Below, in pieces: positions 30,711 to 45,800 of a stretch of 64,000 nt of DNA (position 1 is its first letter; each line of letters starts with the position of its first letter). The notes below the pieces were generated by a model that saw nothing but the letters and a program-made list of their open reading frames with translations, searched no databases and had not been told where the DNA came from. Position numbers and translations under genes: made by a program. This stretch comes from Eledone cirrhosa (Eukaryota). The stretch spans positions 354,826,001 to 354,890,000 of the forward strand of contig OZ024742.1 in assembly GCA_964016885.1 (NCBI GenBank), in the 5' to 3' direction.

Positions 30711-30786
30711 CGAAGTAAATGTGGTAAGGAACCAGGTGGACCATAACGCACCAAAGTACTCAATACTTAGGGTAGTAGAGTGGGTA

Positions 30787-30909
30787 ATAGGAACGAGTAG
30801 GACCCCGACGGCTGAGCTCAAGCCGTTTCGACGGTTAATTCTGGACTAAATTTAGTCCAGAATTAGCCGTAGAAACGGCTTGAGCTCAGCCGTCGGGGTC
30901 CTACTCGTT

Positions 30910-30914
<5 letters not shown>
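30787..30914. repeat. 128-bp spacerless palindrome made of the 3' half of an HHR
   Basis: Apex 30850/30851. The arm reads ..GAAA CGGCTTGAGCTCAGCCG TC GGGG. Confidence 0.9.
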
Positions 30915-30952
<38 letters not shown>

Positions 30953-31080
30953 GACCAACAAATACACACACACACATATTATTATATATAAACACACACA
31001 TACCGCCTATGGAAGCCTCTTAGTTACCATCAGAAACACATATATATATATATATATACGTATATATATATATGTATATT

Positions 31081-31114
<34 letters not shown>

Positions 31115-31949
31115 TATATAGTGAACAGATATATATATATATATAAATATATATAAAGATATATATATATATATATACATATATAATATATATGATTACA
31201 TACACACATACGTATATATATACATATATATGTGTGTGTGTCCATGTGTGTGCATGCGCATGTGCGTTTGTGGATATATATTAATGGGAATACATACTAC
31301 ATACATTGACGCAAATTTATATATATATATATATAAAGAATGAGGGTGTCAGAGAGAGAGAGAAGAAGAGAGTGAAAGAAAGATTAAATCTAGTACTATA
31401 TGGATGATGGGGAATGTTTCAGCTGAACTTTTCCTAAAAAACCATTACATTCAGGTTTGTATTTTGACTAAGCATATCTCATGATGTATTGGAGGATTTC
31501 AAGAGTTTAGCTGCCAAATATAAAGACGAAAGATAAAGGGTTGACGCTGTAGCCGTAGCAGTAACAGCAATAATGAGAACAGAGTGAATCAAAGATGAAG
31601 ATTAAGATTCGAAAAACATTTTTATGAAACATCAGATAACTAAACTGGAGCCTGTGGAAAACATATGTAGAATGTAAGGCAAGAAATCCATACACGTAGA
31701 TATAAGATTTATATATGGATAACATATATGTGTGTGTATGTGCGTTTATGTGTAATTGTTGGTGTGTGTGCTCGTATATGCGCATGCGCAAGGACATAGT
31801 TTAGGAGACACACGGATCCATAAAGAATCCAACACAGCCTATTGTCAGTAATAGAAAATCAATCAGTGATTGAAGATAAAAAGATCTATGTGCATGAATA
31901 GATTCTACCGGACAGAGATATAACGTTTATACAGACGTTGATATATATA

Positions 31950-32143
31950 TATTTAGTTTTGTTACCCTCGATTACTCTCAGGATCTCCCGCCTTCTCTCC
32001 CACTCACTAACTCTCTCTCTATATATATATGTATAGGTCTATATATCTCCCTCTCTATCTCTCTCTCTATATATATAGAAAGAGAGAGAGCGGGAGAGAA
32101 GGAGGGATATGCCGAGATTAATCGGGGGTAACAAAAGTAAATA
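31950..32143. repeat. Imperfect palindrome around a (CT)n-(TA)n-(AG)n centre
   Basis: ttttgttaccctcgatta..ccttctctccc vs gggagagaagg..taatcgggggtaacaaaa. Confidence 0.7.
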
Positions 32144-32184
32144 AGGTACTAAATACATCAGTGGGTGAGAACAACAAAAATTAA

Positions 32185-32285
32185 TATAGAAATGACTTCT
32201 ACAGAATTAGAACTGTTTCATTCGCATGAAATCATCCATATGAATGAAACAGTTCTAGCCACGTAGAAGCCATTTCGATATTTCT
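32185..32285. repeat. Palindrome folding back inside an HHR core (family of 57057-57222)
   Basis: cttctacag..agaactgtttcattc / gaatgaaacagttctag..gtagaag. The core is cut at GATGA. Confidence 0.7.
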
Positions 32286-32522
32286 ATACATATATTCAAG
32301 TCTGCATGTAATAACTACTTGTACATATGAACACATTCAAAACATCTGCTGCTCCCTCACACATAAAACATCCACATCCACACATACATTAACTTCTATA
32401 CCCACAGGCGCACTCTCGAAGACATGTATACCTACCTCCCTAGTTAATGTCTATATTCCAATAAAATAATATTCTGCCTATGTTAGAAACATACTAAAAC
32501 ATTTCATTTCAATTTGGTCCAG

Positions 32523-32560
32523 TATTCTCAGCTGAAAATGACTACCGAGAATGGTGGGAG
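32523..32560 (+). CDS. Candidate host exon FSAENDYREWWE (PH C-terminal-like)
   Basis: ggtccAG acceptor, phase 1 start, weak GTttaa donor. F-x-A-E...W pattern typical of the PH final strand and helix. Confidence 0.4.
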
Positions 32561-33051
32561 GTTTAATACTGAGAATATATACCATCCAGTGGAGAATCTT
32601 GTACTGTCAGTCGTTTCACGCCACGCAAACGACGATAGTAACCAGCCTTGTGAACTTCCAGATTCAAAGCAGAATGTTCTGTGCGGACCCATGACATCAG
32701 AGTCTGTCTTAGAAGTGTTATATTGACATACGAAAATTCTAGGAAATTTTAAATCATGGCGGATTTCTTGCACCAAAAAGATTGAGTGTGAGGGAATGGA
32801 AGAGTACAGAGATATAATAATGGATCGAATGAATGAAAAGCAAATAAACAACAGCGGGGTTTGAATTCATGAGGTAGAGAAACGGAACTAACATCACACA
32901 CCATTCTATCCGACGTTCACTCCCATATTAAAAAAAAAACAGAAAGAAACTTTAATAAATTTTGTATGAAGTAATTTCGTTTTGAGGTACACTGTAAATT
33001 TGCATTACGTCCTTCTTCAAATATTTAATATCATTTTCACTATATACACAC

Positions 33052-33185
<134 letters not shown>

Positions 33186-33192
33186 GTTTATA

Positions 33193-33228
<36 letters not shown>

Positions 33229-33634
33229 GGGGGGCGAGTGCAGGCCAGTTATATTATTATTATTATTACTATTGCTGATATTGTTTATGCATTAATGATA
33301 TTTTTCCTGGGATAAGGCACTCGGCGTTTGATGTTATCACATTCAATTTGTGTCCATTGTTGGAGCTGGTTCATTCCGCCTCACTCTATGTATTTCCACG
33401 GTGACTTACCAGAATGTTCTACTGCATGTGTCTCTGTGTGATTTATATATATCTGTATGTGCATGTGAGTGAGGGTGGGGAACATTTGGACGATGTTTAT
33501 TGAATAGTGCCTTTAATCTGAGTGGATTGTGCAAATGTTCATATCCATAAAGATACTGGTCTGTAACCCAACGCAGGAAATACAGAAGAATATAGATAAA
33601 TATGTATGTATCTAAATCCCTATACATATGCTTG

Positions 33635-33691
<57 letters not shown>

Positions 33692-33783
33692 GATTCTTAA
33701 ATTCGTATATATATATATAAAGTATAAACATTTATACATATATTTACATGTATACAAGTATAGACATTTATATACATACCTAC

Positions 33784-33877
<94 letters not shown>

Positions 33878-34042
33878 GTAGGTATGTATATAAATGTCTA
33901 TACTTGTATACATGTAAATATATGTATAAATGTTTATACTATATATATATATATACGAATTTGCTCTACGGTTCTTATATATTTGATATATATTTATCCT
34001 TATCGAGCCCTCTGTGGATTTTAGTCTTGAAATGTATTATTA

Positions 34043-34148
<106 letters not shown>

Positions 34149-34261
34149 AATAATTAATATCTAGTAACATATATATACATACAGATGCATATCAATGCAG
34201 GCAAATATATAGGTCTTGTCTTAGTAACTTTGTGGTTCAATGCATGGGGTTGCAGAACAAT

Positions 34262-35134
<873 letters not shown>

Positions 35135-36729
35135 TTGCGTGTGAGTGTCTCTGTCTGTGTGTGTATAGATATGGATGAGAGTAGGGCTATGTGGTTACTT
35201 ATAATGGGTGTTAGAAGTAAGGAGACAATAACAAAAGGTGGACAGTTTGCCTTCGTCAGTAGTTAACTATGGGTCACGGATGTTTCGGCGCATTATTAAC
35301 TATACATCTGTCCGTAGCGTGCCGATAGCCTTTTAACTATCAAAAGGCCATGAGGAAGAAAAAGAAAAAAAAGAATGACAGAAGAAAAAAAGGAAAAGAA
35401 AAAACAAGAGATAAAAAAAAGCTACCGAAAAAAGTGGAAACACGGGACTATGGTATATGTAAGCAAGTAACTGACAGAATGGAGATCAAATAAAAAAAAA
35501 AGAGGTTGGGTTTGAGACCGGGGCAATAATAACGCAGACAGAAAGAGAAAACGACGGAGGGAACAGAAGCGAGAGAGAGTATAAAACAGAACGGGTGAGT
35601 GAGAGGGATAGATAAGGAGAGACAGAGAAATAAAGAGAACGGGAATATATATATATATATATACAAATTAATATACATAATTATATACATATGAATAGTA
35701 AACGCTGAAAAATAGAAACTGGAACAATCACGAAAATACCCCAACACTCAAACTTAAATCACTGCGATGTTTGGTACCCGAATGCATTACTCCTCTTTCA
35801 TACAACAGTTAAACATAATACATGTCCTGTGACACATTTTGTGCCGCTCCCTATGTCACCGTGATCAAAAATCTCCAGCTATCATCTACATCATAAAGGA
35901 GTAGGAAAGTATCAAATACTATATACTCCTTTTCGCTGCCATTCGCGATCCCTAATGTTTCCGGTTAACGCAATACCAGTCTGTTAATGTACACAGGGAA
36001 AAGAGGGTTTTCGTATGAAGATAAGCTTAAGACTCATGTGTGTTTAAATAATCGAATATGCTGTTATAGTTAAATAACTGAGTATGTTGCAAGTGTGATG
36101 CCACTGAATTAGGTTCTTCCAATCTACATACGAAGTCTGTTATCTAACCATCCTTCTCTGAGTCTAATTCTGGGTCTCCTGCCTGTTTTGGTTTTGCCCA
36201 TAAAATATGTCTAGTGATTCATTCCTAATGCATACTAACCGCAAGCCCAAAGTATCTGAGCTGGTAATCACTCAATTAGGAAAAGAAGTGCCTCTACCTT
36301 GAGTAACTCTTTGATCTCCGAGTTACTCACTCTATCGAGTAACGTAACTCCCAAATCCTGAAGTGTATATGTCATTATATATGTAGTGTAGTTTGAACTA
36401 AAAAATATCTGAACACGTATATATAGAAAACCGGCGAGTGGAATACTGTCTAATTTTGGGAAAGAATATAAGGAAATCACAATGTCTAAAACAAAAAAGG
36501 GAATTCATTGGTGACAGAATGTCAGAACTCCTGAAATTAATTTAATTCTTAGGTTGGTATCTGCGATAACGAACCATGCTTAGAAATGACAGATTTCACA
36601 CACAGTTCTTTAATGTGTATTTTTACATAGTCAGCTCTATTTTATTATTATTTAATGTGTGTATGCACACACACATGTATAAACACATACATATATATGC
36701 GTATATAATATATATATTTATATATATAA

Positions 36730-36814
<85 letters not shown>

Positions 36815-36846
36815 CTGTATATATGTATATATATAAATATATATAT

Positions 36847-36885
<39 letters not shown>

Positions 36886-36905
36886 AACACACACATGCGC
36901 GCGAG

Positions 36906-36987
<82 letters not shown>

Positions 36988-37104
36988 TAAACACACTCAC
37001 GAACGCACACACACACACACACATGTGCGTGCGCACATATATATATGTATCTATATATACATATAAAGTGGTTACACAACAGTTCAACAGTTAGTTCACC
37101 ATAC

Positions 37105-37142
37105 CGAGAACAATTGTTTCTCCTTAGCGGAACCTCAGCTCG
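37105..37142 (-). ncRNA. Minimal hammerhead (A9U) forming half of a ~78-bp insert
   Basis: CGAG CTGAGGT TCC gctaa GGA GAAA CAATTG TT CTCG. Confidence 0.65.
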
Positions 37143-37193
37143 TATATATACATATACATACACACATTCACACACACACACACACATACACAC

Positions 37194-37280
<87 letters not shown>

Positions 37281-37580
37281 TACACACACACACAGCACAG
37301 ACACACACGCACGCCCACACACATATATACATTTATAAACAGCTATAGATGTTTGTGCGCCTACGTGTCTGAATACTCTGACAAGCTTTTGCTCATCAAA
37401 ATAAAAGTATACTGAAATAATTAAAAAACATACTTCCTATATAAACAAGGAATTAAATATTCATGTAAGTTAAATAAGGATGAGAGTGATTACAAATATA
37501 CATATTTAGTATACAAACCTTTATACATATATACATGCATGTTTAGACATAGACAACTATTATATATATATATATATACT

Positions 37581-37769
37581 GGGCGGTGGATTGGTAGTAT
37601 CGGTAGAGAGTCGGACGCTATGCTTTGATGCATAGAGTTACAGCCCTTGCCATTCTGAGTTCAAATCCCTCCGAAATTAACTTTGCCTTTCATCCTTATG
37701 GGGTCGATAAAATAAAGTACCAGTAATGCACTGGTTATTTGGTGGCCTTGTGCCAAAAGTAGAACCATT
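37581..37769 (+). mobile_element. Full-length tRNA-derived SINE
   Basis: A box TGGTAGTATCGG, B box GAGTTCAAATCC, core CCTTTCATCCTTATGGGGTCGATAAAATAAAGTACCAG. Confidence 0.9.
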
Positions 37770-38136
37770 TATATATATATATCTGTGTGTGTGGGGGGGG
37801 GGGTATATGGGCGTGTGTGTGTACGTGTGTGTGGGTGTGCGTGTGTGCGTACCTGTGTGTGTGAGCACGTGCGTGCGTACATACTCACATATATATCTAC
37901 AGAAGTATTCATGTATGTACATTTTTACATATATTTATAAAAAGGGTTCCTCAAAGGATATTTCAGATATTGTATCTTTCAAGACACAAAACAAACTAAA
38001 AAAAACTCATACGTTGATCTGATCTGTTATATTGATGGGAGAATGACATCGAGAAGTATGTTAGATGTTTAGAAAAATAAACAGCAATAGCTAACATACA
38101 TATAAGTATAATTATATATGTATATATAAGTATAAG

Positions 38137-38168
<32 letters not shown>

Positions 38169-38213
38169 TTCAATACACACATAACCCCCCACACACACAT
38201 ACACACACATATG

Positions 38214-38282
<69 letters not shown>

Positions 38283-38814
38283 ATATAATATAATAAATAT
38301 ATATATATATGAATATATATAAGTATATATATATGTGTGTGGTGGGAGTATGTTATGTGTGTGTATGTGTGTGAATGTGTCTATGTGTGTGTGCGCGTGT
38401 GGGTGTATGTGTGAGAATGTGTATGTGTGTACCTGTTTGTTAGATGTATAGAACAACTAAAATTGAAAGGTAAAAAAAGTCGACAGTTATCAGAATCTCG
38501 GCAATGATAAGAATAATAAGATAAGCTGTATTTTACTGTACGTGCCAACACGAAAAATGCTTGGATTTAGAGTGATGTTATGCTAATGTGTTATATGATA
38601 TGGTTGTTTCTGTTAGATTGACGTGTAATAGAACCAGAAAGTGCACAACAAACATTTATTGATGAACTGTCGGACAAAAATATGCATATGTGTTCAATAC
38701 CTCGTAGCCATATATCTATATTTTTAAAACATTATTTCTTACAAATGCGAGGCGATTAAATAATATCTCTATATCATCATCATACACAGAATATATATAT
38801 GTATATAAGTATAA

Positions 38815-38851
<37 letters not shown>

Positions 38852-38917
38852 TATATATTGTATATATACATGTCTGTATATATATATTGCATATATACAT
38901 ATATGTATATATATAGT

Positions 38918-38959
<42 letters not shown>

Positions 38960-39046
38960 ACTATATATATACATATATATAAATATATATGTATATATAT
39001 ATATATATATATATAAACATATATATATTTAAATATAAATATATAT

Positions 39047-42000
39047 TGTTCCCCGCACACACAGACACACAACCCTCCTCCTGCCTTGACCCTCTGACCA
39101 GTTCCTGTTCCACGCGCACCCCACATCTCCCCTCTTCCGACCAATCTCTTCACGGATTACACATATCTGAACCTTGATCCCGAGAATCTACCGCATCCCA
39201 GGATTTTACTCAGCACTCCACCACATCTTTTTACGGAATTACCTTTACGACTCACCCGAGACACACACTCAAAACAATTGTTTTCCCACACCCCACCTAC
39301 ATCCACAACACGCATAACCACCACACACACACGTGCGTACCACCACATATTTACACATTCAGCCTCCGGAATCCTCTCTCCCCACCCCTATATCCACACA
39401 CGCACACACACTCCGACCTACACCCCACCCACACACACCTCTTCCTGAACATGCAACCCCGTTCTTCCCCCAACCCTTGCTTTCACATACACACACACAC
39501 ACGTACACCTACACACACACACCACCTTCAGCCCTCAATCTTTGCCCAGTACACCGGCCCCACGCCCGAAATGTACGGTCGTGACATCGACGACTGTATC
39601 GGAGCCACGACCCTCACCCGGGAACAGCCCTACTCCTTTCTCTCCTTCTTCTGCTCCTTCCACCCCTCCCTCCACTTCACCACCTCTATCTCCACCAACC
39701 ACGTCCACTTCTTAGACATCTCCGTCGCCTTCAACCCCTCCCACCACTCCCTCGTCACCTCCGCCTTCTTCACACCCACCGACTCCCACTCCTACCTCGA
39801 CTTCACCTCTTCCCACACCACACACACTGAACACTCTATTCCCTACTCCCAACTCCTCAGGATCCGCTGCCTCTAGAGCCGAGATGCTGGCTTTGAGTCC
39901 CAGGCCCTTTCCCTAGTCAGCCATTTCATCCGCAGAGGTTACCCCCTCTCTCGTCCACACGGCTCTCACCCGCGTCCGACCTGTCCACCGCTCCACCACC
40001 CTCACCCCACGCCACCGCACACCCACCCACCATCTCCCCTCCCCCATCACCTACCACCCCTTTACCATACCTCTCCACTGCACCATCCTCCGCCTCTTCC
40101 GACGCCTCCAGTCCGACCACTGCACCTCCCACATCTTCCCAACCCACCACTCCCCTCCTTCAAACGCGCACGCAATCTTCGCACCCTCATCGCCCACAGC
40201 TCACTACCTCCAACCCACGCCCCCCCCCCGGTTCCCTTCTCTGTTCTAGGCCCGGCTGCAACACCTGTCCCCACATCACCAACAGCACCACCTTCCAGGG
40301 TCCCTACGGCCACTCTCTCTTTGTCCGGCATGCCTTCCGTTGCACCTCCTCCAGCCTAATCTACGGACATCACTGCACGTAGTGCAGCGCGACTTACGTC
40401 GGACAGACTGGACGTCGCCTGGCGGACAGATTTACTGAGCACTTCCGGGATATTCGTCTCGGTGGTAGTTCCCCCATCGCCCGCCACTTTGGGGCCCTTG
40501 AAATTCCGTACACCACCTCACAGTCTGTGGCCTACTCCAATGCCACGGAACACCCGCCAATCTCCTAAAGGTCGAACAACGAACCATATTAACCCTACAG
40601 ACACACACTAGCCCCCGGCCTGAACTCCCCACCCTTATCCCTTTAGCTTTCGACCGCCCTCCTCCCCCACACACATCCCCCATTAACACCACTAACACAA
40701 CTCCTCCTTCTCACCGCCCACCCCACAACTAACTATACCAACACCTCCACCCCTCATCCGACCACCCTTCCCCAACTAACATACTAACATCCCTCCTTTC
40801 TTCTCCTCCCCCCTCCTTATCATTCGCACACACCCACCGGTACATATATACATGCGCTCACACTAAACACACACCCTACTACCACCACTAACCCTCACCC
40901 CCACACATCCACCCCACCACCCCGCAACTAAGATCTCTAACACCCCCAACCCTACGCACACGAACACACACACCCTCTTACACCACCCACTCTACACACC
41001 CTACCACCACTGACCCCCACTCACACTCGCATTCAACCCTTTCTCCACCTCCAGTATACTAACACCCACTAACACCCCCTTCACCACACACCCACTAACA
41101 CCCCCTTCACCACACACACACTCATCCAAACACGCACACACACACACCAGTACACTACACTCCCTCCATCGGGCCCCACATCCTTCTCTCCCCGCTCCAC
41201 CCACACCCTTTCTCAAACACACCTACTTCCCGCTAACACCTCTACTAATACACACACACCCTCTCCTCACTCCAACGTTCATACCTACCCATCCTCTCCC
41301 CTGTCCACCGCACCTTTCGCACACACTGACACACCGACTTTCTTCACTTACCATTCTCCCTACTGCTGCTATGCCCCTGACCACCTCCCCGCACACACTG
41401 ACACACAACCCTCCTCATGCCTTGACCCTCTGACCACTTCCTGTTGCGCGCGCACCCCACATCTCCCCTCTTCCGACCAATCTCTTCACGGATTACACAT
41501 ATGTGAACCTTGATCCCGAGAATCTACCGCATCCCAGGATTTTACTCAGCATTCCACCACATCTTTTTACGGAATTACCTTTACGACTCACCCCAGACAC
41601 ACACCCCAAAAAAATGTTTTTCCCACACGGCACCTACATCCACAACACGCATAAACACCACACACGCACGTGCGTACCACTACATATTTACACATTCAGC
41701 CTCCGGAATCCTTTCGTCCCACCCCTCTATCCACACACGCACACACACTCCGACCTACACCCTACCTCACACACACCTCTTCCTGAACATGCAACCCCGT
41801 TCTTCCCCCAACCCTTGCTTTCACATACACACACACACGTACACCTACACACACACACCACCTTCATCCCTCCCCGCTCGGACACCCCGTCTCCCTCTCC
41901 CCACTCCACCGCCACCACCCCTACACGCCCCACACCGTTCCACCACCTGTTTTACCCCATTTTAATTTTAATTTGATCATGCCTTTATTTTTTATTTCAT

Positions 42001-42206
42001 TTGCACCGTTTCCTCCCACCCCAGTTTTGCTATATGTCTCTCCACCACTCCCCTACACACCCGTTGAACTCTCTCCCCACACACTTTTCACCTGAAGATG
42101 GGATTATGCCCGAAACGTCGTTCCCCACCACCACCCCACTCTCAAGAGCGTGAAACTAATAAACCTTTGTTCGTACCGCCTCTCTGTTTTGTTCCCGTTC
42201 AATTGT

Positions 42207-42210
<4 letters not shown>
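39047..42210 (+). mobile_element. C-rich Neptune-like PLE in partial-tandem form
   Basis: RDIDDCIG, VHFLDI, PTDSHSYLD..SIPYSQLLR, then degraded GIY-YIG (YVGQTGRRLADRFTEH, ~40395-40445). 39053-39528 directly repeats 41391-41865. HHR near the 3' end. Confidence 0.85.
42088..42122 (+). ncRNA. Minimal hammerhead motif
   Basis: AC CTGAAGA T GGG attatg CCC GAAA CG TC GT. Confidence 0.72.
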
Positions 42211-42281
<71 letters not shown>

Positions 42282-42396
42282 AGATAAGCAGAACAAGTAA
42301 AATTAAACCAATTTTTCAAAATAAATCAAAATTAATATACAATTAAAATTAATCAAAATTAAAAAATATAATATAAATATTTACCTATTCAAATGG

Positions 42397-42473
42397 CCCT
42401 AACTGTACAGTTTCCGTTGCAAAACATTAGATATCACATGGATATTAATGGAAAAGCAAAGATCATCAGAGAA
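42397..42473 (-). ncRNA. Type I hammerhead with 48-nt stem-loop II
   Basis: TTCT CTGATGA [48 nt, TTGC/GCAA] GAAA CTGTACAG TT AGGG. Confidence 0.7.
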
Positions 42474-42632
42474 GCATTTTCCTTTCCTAGGGTTAAAAAC
42501 CCCAGGAACAATAAAACGAGTGACCTCACTCCAACTAATACAGGTCTGAAAGGTCGTGAAAGTGACCCATAAATACGTTGGTGTATAGTGAAGGCGGGAA
42601 ATCGTAGATATGTATATATATACATATATATA

Positions 42633-42703
<71 letters not shown>

Positions 42704-42819
42704 ATAAATTAACGGAGGCATAGGCCCACGCTATTCGCTGTAATTCAACATATTATATATATATATAGAGAGAGAGAGATAGATATATAGATAGATAGAT
42801 AGATAGATACATGTATATG

Positions 42820-45800
42820 GTGTTGAAGTATAAAGACGTGTTTTCACTTCTCTCCCCAAGTAAGCAGCAAGTCACACAGCTACGAAAGAAAACCAAACAA
42901 ACCAAATTGTCCGGTCAAATACATTTACATACAACTATATTCTTATATATTTGAAACCACGTGTTTACCAACTTCTGAGTACATTTTACTTTAACTACAA
43001 ATTATTATATACTTTCGTATTTTCATTAATTTCATTAATTTCAAATAACTAGAATATATTTATATATATATATACTCATATTCATATATACACTTCTCAC
43101 TCACACACAAGAAAAACAAAAGAAAACAAAAAAAAATATATTGAAATACTTAACTAAAACACACACACTCAAAACTAGAATGGCTAACCAGCAAAAATCC
43201 AAACAGAACTGGTCTGATAATGAAATCGACATTCTAATAAACACATGGCATTGCCTTACCCAAACAGAAGACATAGATGCTTCATGTCTGAACGACATTG
43301 CTAAACGTACAGTTCACCTTTTGAAAACCCGATCTGAACAACAGATTCAAAATAAATTAAAGCAAATCGAAGTTGCTTTTAAATTAATCAATAAACATTT
43401 GGATAAACTACGGTGTGTTTTGTTCTTCGGACGCTGTCCAGCAGCAGCAACAGCAGCAATAAGAACAACAGCAGAAACAACGGCAACAACAACAACAGCT
43501 ACAACAACAGCAGCAACAACAGCAACAGCAGCAGCAACAACAACGACAACAGTAACAACAACACCGACAACAACAACAACAGTGTGAACCACTCCCTGAT
43601 TCATCAACAATGGCCGATCTACTAAATGAAACTATTGACCTCCCAGTAGCCACTGTCTCACAGCAGGAAAGGCCCCTTCCTTTCTCTGCCCCAGCAGTCC
43701 AATCATCACCACTGCCAACATCTCCTATGCCTACTACTACTAATACTACTACTACTACAACATCTTTGCCTACTGCTATCTCAAGGAATTTACCTTCTAA
43801 TACCATACGAGAACTCTCCCTCCCACAGCTCACAAATGTCGTCAAAACCTACTCAAACCATCATCTACACCTCTCACAACACACACACACACACATACAC
43901 ACCCACTCGAAACCCCATCATTTGCCGCTACTCTCTACGCTATAGAATATGTACGGATAGTGGCTGCAAATTCACCCATTTACCTAGGACAAAACGGTCT
44001 ATCCCCACAAACAGCCACCACCATAATACATATACTATTTTAATACCAACACAACCATCAATAACTCAAACAAGGAATACACAGATCTGCCGCTTTTCCC
44101 TGCGAGACAGATTGTGTTTACACCGGGATTGTCCATTTACCCATCTCCCGGGGACCCGTCGGACAAAAGAAAATAAAAATAAAAATAAAAGCAAAAACAA
44201 AAACCATAACCTACATAAAAATAACCACTACCACAGTCACCAACAGATTCCAAAACAGGAAACTTCTTCCTCTTTTTTAGCCATAATGAATCTGGCAAAA
44301 GAACTGGAAAAAAAACATTCGAGCTGTCACCCAGCACCATCCTCCACTATCACCCCACTGCACAAACTCCCATTGCTGCCATTAACAAACAAACAAATTA
44401 ACAACACACCAAAACAATTAAAACCATCAACTCTCACCTCAACATTTTTGCTTAACGCCCAAGGCATCAGACCTTTCACCAATACTCAAAAATGGAAGAT
44501 CAAATTCCTGGAGGACTGGGTTGATGTCCATCCAAACCACATCCCTTTCTTCGTCCTCACTGAAACCCATCTCAGTAACCTCCACTTGGAAGCCAAGGTG
44601 AAAGTGAAAAATGTCAAAGCCATCCGTGCTGATCGCGCTGGCAGAAGAAAGGGTGGGACTGCCATTTATGTCCATAAGTCTTTCTCAACAGAGGCTATGA
44701 ACATATTTACTAATGGATACTACGAAGCAGTCACTGTATTCAGTCAAACCAACAACCTAATAGTAGTTGGGCTCTATAGGCCACCCCAAACGCCTCTACC
44801 ATGCTTCAAGGAATGCCTCAACGGTATAAAGTGTTTCATCCAAGAGTGTCACCCTGACAACATCTTAATGATTGGGGACTTCAACCTCCCCGGATTTGAC
44901 TGGTCCACAAACAGCCTGCCACCAGGTTCTTCTGCCTCAACCTCTGACAGGGAAGCAGTGGAAACGCTTCTTGACTTCATGGATGATTTCTTCCTGTCCC
45001 AACTGGTGCTCGAACCAACGAGGTGCCACAAAAACGTCCTAGACTTAATTTTCAGCAATCACACTGACAATATCCACAATATTGCAGTGGAGAAAACTCT
45101 ACTCTCTGATCATGACATACTTCTCTGTGATCTGAGATTCAACCGTCCAATATACAAACCCAATGTCATCTCTCCTGTCTATCCGTTTGACGCTATGGAT
45201 TTCCACAATGCAAACTGGGAAGCGATCAGTCATGATCTTGCACATGTCGACTGGCCTTCACGCACACTCATACACCCACTAACATTAAAAAGTCCTGGCA
45301 GACATTTGTGGACACTGTTACAAACATATGTGCAAAACACACCCCATTAAGAACTATAAATAAATCTAAGAGCAGAATCCCTAGAAATAGAAAAACGCTC
45401 ATCAGGAAGATTAAGAGAACTAACAAAAATATCAACAAGCTGAAATTCTGTCAGCAGCAACACATCAACTTGACTGCCATTTCATCACTAGACATTAAAA
45501 AACATAACCTCCAAAACAATATGATGTATGTCATCAACAATCAGAGAAGAGCTGAAGAGGCCTGGGCCATTGAGAAGATCAAACGCAATCCCAAAGTGTT
45601 CTTTTCATTTACAAAAAAACACAAAATCACTGGCTCTACTGTTGGCCCTCTAATTGATGAAGATGGCACTCTTCAAGACAATGCTAAAACCATGGGTGAG
45701 ATACTGCAGAAAATTACTGCTCTATTTTCAGCAATCCTGATATGGCCGATCTGGGCTGTATCGGCGATGTTACTCCCCATTACACCTTATTGGACATAAC

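Noticed and set aside
35247-35291. Possible type II hammerhead on the minus strand (GCCGAAAC...CTGACGAAGGC)
   Set aside because: No valid stem III/NUH arrangement could be drawn.
37581-37675. tRNA gene
   Set aside because: A/B boxes only, continuing into SINE core and tail. No cloverleaf.
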